Assembly: GCA_038087875.1 (NCBI GenBank)
Contig: CM075998.1
Location: forward strand, 2,294,001-2,358,000
Reading direction: 5' to 3'
DNA length: 64,000 nt
From: Malacoraja senta
Lineage: Eukaryota
Part shown: positions 59,801 through 64,000 of the stretch, in pieces
How positions within the stretch are numbered: position 1 is the first letter of the stretch
How the letters are laid out: every line of letters begins with the position of its first letter
The notes under the pieces: model-generated
Told to the model about the DNA's origin: nothing
Database searches by the model: none
Seen by the model: the letters and a program-made list of their open reading frames with translations, nothing else
Made by a program: the position numbers and the translations under genes

Positions 59801-61935
59801 TTTAACCATACCACATAAGAGGAATGTGTGCATTACTAGCTACAGTGACATATAACAAAGTGCCCTGTTCATCTATTAGACTGGGATGAAGAATGGAGAC
59901 CTGGGATCAAAGCGCTCTCTGAGGACACGGAATGAATCAACGACGCGGACTATCTCGGAGTCATCGGAGGGTCGAGGTACAGCATCCTCAATTGATCTGT
60001 ATGAAGAGATATCTTTGAATGGAACACTCCAGCTCCGTGGCCACCGCTCGCGAGACAGCAGTGCACGTTTCTCCAATGGCACAAACATGATGATTTCCCC
60101 ATCTGATGAAGCAGAGGTGGACATTAATGGCTATGTGATGCCAGAACAAAAAAACACTACCGCTGGTAAGAAACCTATTCACCCTTTGAACCTTCTGCTT
60201 GGAGTTTGATTACAAGAATAAAAATGAAATGCAGTTGTACAGGAATTTAGAAAATATGAAACTTCTAAAAGAAGTAACTAAATTGCCCAATTAAATCTGG
60301 TATAATTTGTAATTTCTCATGTCTAAATTACAATCTGAACAGATAACCTATTTGGACAGTCTAATTCAGCAGCAAACAAATGAACTGCTGGAGGAAATCA
60401 GTGGGTTAGGTAACATCTGTGAGGGAATTCACTGTTGGCTTGGCTTGAAAAAGTCGAGGGCATTTAGTCAGTACAAAAGGGCGAGAGGAAAGGTGGGGCA
60501 AGAGCTGACAAGCGATAGTGCTCACCGATGTAGAGGTGGCCACACGGAGAGCACTGGATGCATGAATGCAATAGATGAGGTTGGAGGAAGTGTGTGTGAA
60601 TCTGTGTCACCTGGTTGGGCTATTTAGGTCTCTGGATGGTGGTGAGGGAGGAAGTATAGAAACCAGGGAGTCACAGAGAGAGCGGTTGCTGTGGAAAGTA
60701 TAAAGGTTGGAGATGGGAAGATGTGACTGGTGGTGGGATCAGGATGCAGCTGGCAGAAATATTGAAGAATGCTGTGCTGGATTTGGAAGCTGGCAGTGTG
60801 AAAGGTAAGGACCAAGAGGACTCAGGGAAGATGGTGCGTGCAGAAAATGGAGGAGATGTCGGTGAGGGCTCCATCAAGCACATGCGAGGGAACCCCCATT
60901 TCCTGATTTTCTGGAATGGAAAGCTTCCTCTGGAGAACAGATGCCGAAAAGACAGAGCGACTGGAAGAAAGGGATAGTGTCCTGACCAGGGACAGGGTGG
61001 GAGGAGGTGTAGTCTTGGTAGCTATGGAGTCAGTGAATTTGTGGGAAACTGTGAGCAATAAATATATTCTGGTACTTAAGTAGTGACTGAGTGCTCTTTG
61101 GATAAGTGTCTATCAGATCAGAAATTAAATCAAAGCCTTGTATGTTTATTCTGATGAGTGCTGAAGATCTGATGCTGCTATTAGAAGAGCAAGACTAATT
61201 TATATCTTGGGCAACCATACCAAGAACAGGTTAACTGGCTATTTATTTAATTTCTTAATTGTGGGATTATGCAGTGCACAATTGATGTTGTATTTGCCTG
61301 CAATAGTTGCGCTGCAGAAGGAATTCATTGGCTGTAAAGTGCCTGCAGAGTGGGATAAAATATTAATACAAGCACAAACTTGTTCTATCATTTAATCGTA
61401 AATCACACTCTCTTGCCAGTAAGTATCCTTGATACAATAATTGTACGGCATTGTAGTTCCACCTAATGGTTCAAGGGGTAAATGCAATCATGTCTGATCG
61501 AGTAGAGACCTAAAGATGTGTGTGTGAGTGTGTGAAACTCTTCAAATACATGTCAGACATGCATCTGAAGCAAAGAAGATAAAAGATTCACAGCATTTAG
61601 TTATTTTCCAGTGAATTACAAGTCTTTCTGCTTTGCTTACAGACGACCTGAAACCTGCCAACGATGCAGATCCCTTAATCAGTAAAGTCGGTGATGTGAA
61701 TACCACCCAGTCACCTGAGAATCGGAAGGAATTGGACTCAAAACCAAGTGATAACCAGGAATACGAGTACATGAACAAACGAGCCTACCTCAATGGCTGT
61801 GTGAGCATTGTGCAGAACCCAGAATACCTGGATGACAGTACGGTGTTTATTACTGAGGCTGACATCCATGCCTTTGATAATCCAGACTACTGGCACAATA
61901 GTCTGCCAGCAAAGTCAGAAATAAAAAGGACATAG
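8684..61935 (+). CDS. ERBB3: Receptor tyrosine-protein kinase ErbB-3-like gene, spliced CDS exons 2-28 (5'-partial; exon 1 not in window)
   Basis: 27 exon positions with canonical AG/GT and consistent phases, total 3695 nt with the 72-nt JM exon. Domain order is L1-CR1-L2-CR2-TM-kinase-tail. ERBB3 hallmarks: [33 protein letters not shown] and C-terminal AFDNPDYWH...RT*. Some segments are ERBB4-like. Confidence 0.88.
11367..11468 (+). mobile_element. short Penelope-like 3'-end copy, sense to the host gene, with hammerhead-like core
   Basis: cagtCTGAAGAagggtctcgacccGAAAcgtc; flanked by atgatttatg repeats. Confidence 0.85.
11540..12135. promoter_or_regulatory. CpG-island-like segment in intron 2 with TATAAATA
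   Basis: Dense CpG over 11540-11770 against CpG-poor flanks; tataaata at about 11800. Confidence 0.45.
12721..13404 (+). mobile_element. Rex1/Babar-like LINE 3' fragment
   Basis: [34 protein letters not shown]; AATAAA plus (AATTG)n tail. Confidence 0.85.
17590..17998 (+). repeat. diverged ~66-bp tandem array (~6 units)
   Basis: Anchor tttgatgggacagtgtagagg recurs at about 17658, 17726, 17788, 17855, 17921 and 17987. Confidence 0.8.
18255..18441 (+). CDS. ERBB3: exon 3 ([29 protein letters not shown]...GFKHLT)
   Basis: acag|TCA ... ACAG|gtatg, 187 nt. Confidence 0.95.
19130..19560. repeat. C-rich low-complexity tract
   Basis: Almost G-free ccca/ctcc-rich sequence. Confidence 0.8.
19617..20077. 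mobile_element. candidate non-autonomous DNA transposon (hAT-like), imperfect TIRs
   Basis: Ends cgggcacggaaatc / gatttccgcccatg; flanks taaggca on both sides; subterminal aaacatggggg repeats. Confidence 0.5.
21180..21314 (+). CDS. ERBB3: exon 4 ([46 protein letters not shown])
   Basis: tgcag|AG ... GGCT|gtgagt, 135 nt. Confidence 0.95.
21992..22057 (+). CDS. ERBB3: exon 5 ([21 protein letters not shown])
   Basis: tttcag|GC ... AACT|gtaag, 66 nt. Confidence 0.95.
22735..23140 (+). mobile_element. Penelope-like 3' fragment (end of GIY-YIG plus tail)
   Basis: [28 protein letters not shown] reading; hammerhead-like tail at about 23040. Confidence 0.85.
24314..24435 (+). CDS. ERBB3: exon 6 ([40 protein letters not shown])
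   Basis: aacag|TG ... TTT|gtaag, 122 nt. Confidence 0.95.
24825..25320 (+). mobile_element. old CR1-type LINE 3' fragment
   Basis: Decayed [10 protein letters not shown]...[10 protein letters not shown]...RTREH reading. Confidence 0.65.
25559..25700 (+). CDS. ERBB3: exon 7 ([47 protein letters not shown]), dimerization arm
   Basis: cacag|GCA ... CCTG|gtgagt, 142 nt. Confidence 0.95.
26871..26984 (+). CDS. ERBB3: exon 8 ([37 protein letters not shown])
   Basis: tgcag|CG ... AAAG|gtgag, 114 nt. Confidence 0.95.
27195..28545 (+). mobile_element. Rex1/Babar-like LINE, 5'-truncated, frameshifted RT
   Basis: [43 protein letters not shown]; AATAAA at 28528. Confidence 0.9.
30984..31110 (+). CDS. 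ERBB3: exon 9 ([42 protein letters not shown])
   Basis: cacag|CA ... AAGG|gtaag, 127 nt. Confidence 0.95.
32428..32501 (+). CDS. ERBB3: exon 10 ([24 protein letters not shown])
   Basis: tttag|G ... ACAG|gtatg, 74 nt. Confidence 0.95.
33200..33290 (+). CDS. ERBB3: exon 11 ([30 protein letters not shown])
   Basis: tccag|GT ... ACAT|gtaag, 91 nt. Confidence 0.95.
33828..34036 (+). CDS. ERBB3: exon 12 ([30 protein letters not shown]...KQGRLC)
   Basis: tgtag|C ... TGCA|gtgagt, 209 nt. Confidence 0.93.
35316..35448 (+). CDS. ERBB3: exon 13 ([44 protein letters not shown])
   Basis: cacag|GG ... AAGG|gtaag, 133 nt. Confidence 0.95.
36834..36924 (+). CDS. ERBB3: exon 14 ([30 protein letters not shown])
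   Basis: cacag|A ... ACG|gtaag, 91 nt. Confidence 0.95.
37812..37966 (+). CDS. ERBB3: exon 15 ([52 protein letters not shown])
   Basis: cttag|GGA ... CAGGG|gtagg, 155 nt. Confidence 0.95.
38149..38452 (-). mobile_element. tRNA-derived V-SINE (HE1-like)
   Basis: Reverse strand shows A box TGGTGCAGCTGG, B box GGTTCCATCCC, V-domain gttctccctgtgaccgtgtgggttttctccgg and LINE-like tail. Confidence 0.85.
39330..41261 (+). mobile_element. CR1-clade LINE, 5'-truncated, uninterrupted 559-aa RT ORF (39483-41162)
   Basis: [37 protein letters not shown]; (TTTCTATG)n tail. Confidence 0.95.
41347..41391 (+). CDS. ERBB3: alternative juxtamembrane exon, JM-b-like ([15 protein letters not shown])
   Basis: Polypyrimidine tract then cactag|G ... 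ATAG|gtacc; 45 nt, phase 2-2; C-x-G-S-x4-C (ending DC) pattern as in ERBB4 JM-b CIGSSIEDCIGLMDR. Confidence 0.78.
41460..41531 (+). CDS. ERBB3: alternative juxtamembrane exon 16, JM-a-like ([24 protein letters not shown])
   Basis: tacag|G ... ATAG|gtaac; 72 nt, phase 2-2; aligns with ERBB4 JM-a [25 protein letters not shown] including YPW. Confidence 0.9.
45270..45460. repeat. CT-rich imperfect tandem repeat (cgcatgcccgccctccctctccctctcc)
   Basis: Visible unit duplication. Confidence 0.7.
45765..45900 (+). CDS. ERBB3: exon 17, transmembrane helix and basic juxtamembrane ([45 protein letters not shown])
   Basis: ctag|A ... GAG|gtgag, 136 nt; hydrophobic stretch followed by basic cluster. Confidence 0.93.
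46134..46256 (+). CDS. ERBB3: exon 18 ([41 protein letters not shown]), Gly-rich loop
   Basis: attag|ATG ... AAG|gttag, 123 nt. Confidence 0.95.
47208..47306 (+). CDS. ERBB3: exon 19 ([33 protein letters not shown]), VAIK lysine
   Basis: cctag|GGT ... GAG|gtaaa, 99 nt. Confidence 0.95.
47797..47982 (+). CDS. ERBB3: exon 20 ([40 protein letters not shown]...WCVQIAK)
   Basis: tacag|GAG ... AAG|gtacg, 186 nt. Confidence 0.95.
48015..48472 (-). mobile_element. L2-clade LINE 3' fragment filling most of intron 20
   Basis: ORF 48162-48479 [16 protein letters not shown]...[15 protein letters not shown]...FKSRLKTHL; (tcaag)n tail. Confidence 0.9.
48633..48788 (+). CDS. ERBB3: exon 21 ([52 protein letters not shown])
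   Basis: cacag|GGT ... AAG|gtttg, 156 nt; HRN at 48666-48674; DFG present. Confidence 0.95.
49490..50259 (-). mobile_element. Penelope-like 3' fragment, near-identical to 5684-6450
   Basis: GIY-YIG ORF 49536-50201; 9-bp direct flank tgagtgaag at 49485-49493 and 50257-50265. Confidence 0.92.
50524..50885. mobile_element. inverted pair of Penelope-like 3' ends
   Basis: Arms of about 130 bp at ~50563-50691 and ~50756-50885; 14-bp direct flank tgtcttatttttct. Confidence 0.88.
51887..51962 (+). CDS. ERBB3: exon 22 ([25 protein letters not shown])
   Basis: tgtag|ATG ... TATG|gtgag, 76 nt. Confidence 0.95.
53315..53690 (+). mobile_element. DeuSINE (SacSINE1/AmnSINE-like) remnant
   Basis: gtgcagtac.gtgggagtgctgcac..tgctgtctttcagatga..gttaaacc; gtgggagtttgctgtgcgcaaattg; L2-like tail. 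Related minus-strand copies near 13540-13940, 30400-30760 and 46600-46880. Confidence 0.65.
55133..55279 (+). CDS. ERBB3: exon 23 ([50 protein letters not shown])
   Basis: tgcag|GT ... AAAT|gtaag, 147 nt. Confidence 0.95.
56611..56708 (+). CDS. ERBB3: exon 24 ([32 protein letters not shown])
   Basis: aacag|GT ... GAG|gtttg, 98 nt. Confidence 0.95.
57224..57385 (+). CDS. ERBB3: exon 25 ([54 protein letters not shown])
   Basis: cttag|GGT ... AGG|gtatg, 162 nt; acidic; ends resemble ERBB4 GDDR...RIDSNR. Confidence 0.88.
58320..58382 (+). CDS. ERBB3: exon 26 ([21 protein letters not shown]), YxxM motif
   Basis: tgcag|AGC ... CAG|gtggg, 63 nt; YMPMN as in ERBB3. Confidence 0.88.
59205..59668. 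mobile_element. hAT (Charlie-like) MITE with nested Penelope-derived hairpin
   Basis: Perfect 16-bp TIR caggggtcggcaacct / aggttgccgacccctg; 8-bp TSD gtctaaac at 59197-59204 and 59669-59676. Confidence 0.92.
59880..60165 (+). CDS. ERBB3: exon 27 (TGMKNGDLG...ISESSEGRG...DLYEEISL...[15 protein letters not shown])
   Basis: attag|ACT ... GCTG|gtaag, 286 nt; SESSEG and NGYVMP motifs. Confidence 0.88.
60365..61050 (-). mobile_element. older degenerate Penelope-like fragment
   Basis: [21 protein letters not shown] and related readings homologous to the younger copies. Confidence 0.75.
61643..61935 (+). CDS. ERBB3: exon 28 coding part (...[14 protein letters not shown]...NPEYLDD...[21 protein letters not shown])
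   Basis: ttacag|AC, stop TAG at 61933-61935; C-terminus matches ERBB3 AFDNPDYWH...RT. Confidence 0.92.
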
Positions 61936-64000
61936 AGGATCACCTTCAGGGTTCTATCTAGATACCTGGCAACTCAACAACAAGCAAAGGGTTTATTTTT
62001 GAACTTTGGAAGGTGAGGGGAGGGTGGGGATAGGGTGAGAATGGGTGACTTGATCTCATAGTCAGAAGACTGACAATCTAACTGGAGGAACTGACTAGTT
62101 TACTAATGCCTTTGTATGTGTGTGTCATCCAATTTGTGTCAGTCATGATAAATACACACACACACAATGTAACACTCCAATCTCCTGCCGTTGATGTCAA
62201 GTACAAAGGAGATTGCCGTGCCTTTCCAGCAGAAATGGTTTTACGCTGTTCCTTCAAAGCAAAAAGCAAGAGGAACCTAGGTCTCTCAAATGGTCGTTGA
62301 GAGAATCTGGTTGTTGATAATAACCAGGCAATGGTACTGTCCCTTGCAGCACAGGCAGTTTTAATATTGGACCTGTCAGATATTTGGGAAGGAGGCAAAC
62401 TAGGCAAAACAAAAAAAACTGGGAGTGCAAAAACCATTGCCTTTTACGGACTACATCTTTGGACTAATGATTCCAATGGTACATTGCTTATTATACAGCT
62501 GGAGAATTGCCACTGGTCACTGTTAATGAACAAAGAAAACTTTGTAGCACAAAGGGGTAATTGCACCAAATAGTGTACTCGAGTGGGCAGAATGAAGTAT
62601 AATTTTATTTCCCATTCATAATATTTGCTCTTTGAGACACTTGAAGATTGAGAGGCCTGAATTAGCATTGAATGGCCTGTTAATCTGGTTCAGTGGTGAA
62701 AGGCAACAATTTGGTTTTCAAGGCAGCTAAAGGATTGTGATAAGAGGTTAATGCCTGGAAATCGGGCATCAATATTCTTATTTCTGTAATTACTTGTGGA
62801 ATTGTTTTTTTAAATATTTTTTAAATGCTCTGATCTGAAATATAATTTCTCAATCTTTGATTACCACCATCTTACACAAGGTTGTTAAAAGAACTTGGCT
62901 GAGGCACGACCATATGTAGGTGGGGGAGAGAAAAACATCAGTTCTGGGATGGAGGGAAATAGAATCCATGCTCAAAAATTATTGAGGGAAGTGGTATAGA
63001 AAGAAGGAACTCCTCCTTCACCCTAGTCTCCAGTCATGGCTTTGCTCAACTACCGGTTAGGTTAGTTAGACTGAGTCAGATTAACTACCAGTCAGGCTGA
63101 GCCTTTCCATGAGCCATGCAAAACTGGGAAGAGCAGTATGTTTTCAGTCAAGTTACGCAATCATTACAATAAAATATTCTGTGCTTTGAGTATCGATGAA
63201 CCAAACATTAGCCTGAGTGACCACAAAATAAGTACCTGGAACATTCAGACAGCACTCTGTGGTATATCATGGGTAGGAAGAAGCTTAAATCCTTATCTTC
63301 AATTGCTTACTTTGATCTGTAAAATATGACAATAGATTTGGGCATTTTTTTGTAAGTTGAAGTTCATGTTTGAAAAATTGAATTTGCTCCTTCAGTTATT
63401 TGAGCAGTGTTTCTAAGTAACTCATTAAGAGAAACCATCGTGATATCATATTGTGCAATGGCTTCACTACCTTCAACTCCCCATCCCACCACCAAGCAAA
63501 TCATCCTTTATTGTTGCAACTCATACTAGGAGGAAGAATAGTGAGAGAAATTATTTGTTTTATCTGTATATAAATGCCGAGCCAAGATACTTGAACATAA
63601 TAATGTGTGATCAGTACTTTGATTAATTAACTCTGAAGAGTACAACAGATCACAAGGCATTGATCCAAGGACCTATCGTGGGTATTTGTAGAATTTTGTG
63701 AATTAGTTGCTATACTGTATTTTTTTTTTTTGTTGCCTTTTTCAAATGAAGCAGCAGTGAAGAGTTTATGAGCCAAATAATGTCAGACTCCTTTTGGTGT
63801 TACTTGATGCAGATTCCCTGAACAATTCAGTGATCAAATTTAGTACTGATCTATTCGTCTTTGATATCATTTTTATATGTGTGTATATATATTTATCCCT
63901 TTTTGTTAAGGCTTATGGGATATGATTTCCTCTGGTATACACACTAATGACCATTCTTTCTATGAAAAAGAGGGTTATTGTTTATGGACCAACAGCTTAT
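61936..64000 (+). other. probable 3'UTR; candidate AATAAA at 63168-63173
   Basis: Follows the stop codon; AT-rich with no recognisable repeats; transcript end not determinable. Confidence 0.55.

Noticed and set aside
8684-61935. Calling the gene ERBB4
   Set aside because: HRN loop, GSGVFG, ESIHF, SESSEG/NGYVMP, the ERBB3-type C-terminus without PDZ (TVV) or PPxY motifs, and compact gene size favour ERBB3; synteny check still needed

Overview
Vertebrate genomic DNA, almost certainly from a cartilaginous fish (probably a skate or ray, inferred from the HE1/V-SINE, DeuSINE and Penelope-like repeat families). The + strand carries exons 2-28 of an ERBB3-type receptor tyrosine (pseudo)kinase (8684-61935), followed by probable 3'UTR. 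Exon 1 (signal peptide) was not found and presumably lies upstream. All exons have AG/GT boundaries and splice into one open frame of about 1230 codons. Main discovery: this ERBB3 carries two tandem, in-frame juxtamembrane exons (45 nt and 72 nt, 68-nt intron) that match the JM-b/JM-a switch known from ERBB4, with an RBFOX motif between them. It also has the ERBB3 HRN catalytic loop but keeps the alphaC glutamate, has an ERBB4-like N-terminal ectodomain, and has only two YxxM sites in the tail. Introns are full of Penelope-like (GIY-YIG) retroelement pieces carrying minimal hammerhead-ribozyme cores, plus CR1, Rex1/Babar and L2 LINEs, SINEs, a hAT MITE and a ~66-bp satellite. Comparisons with human proteins and exon sizes are from recall, not from a search.
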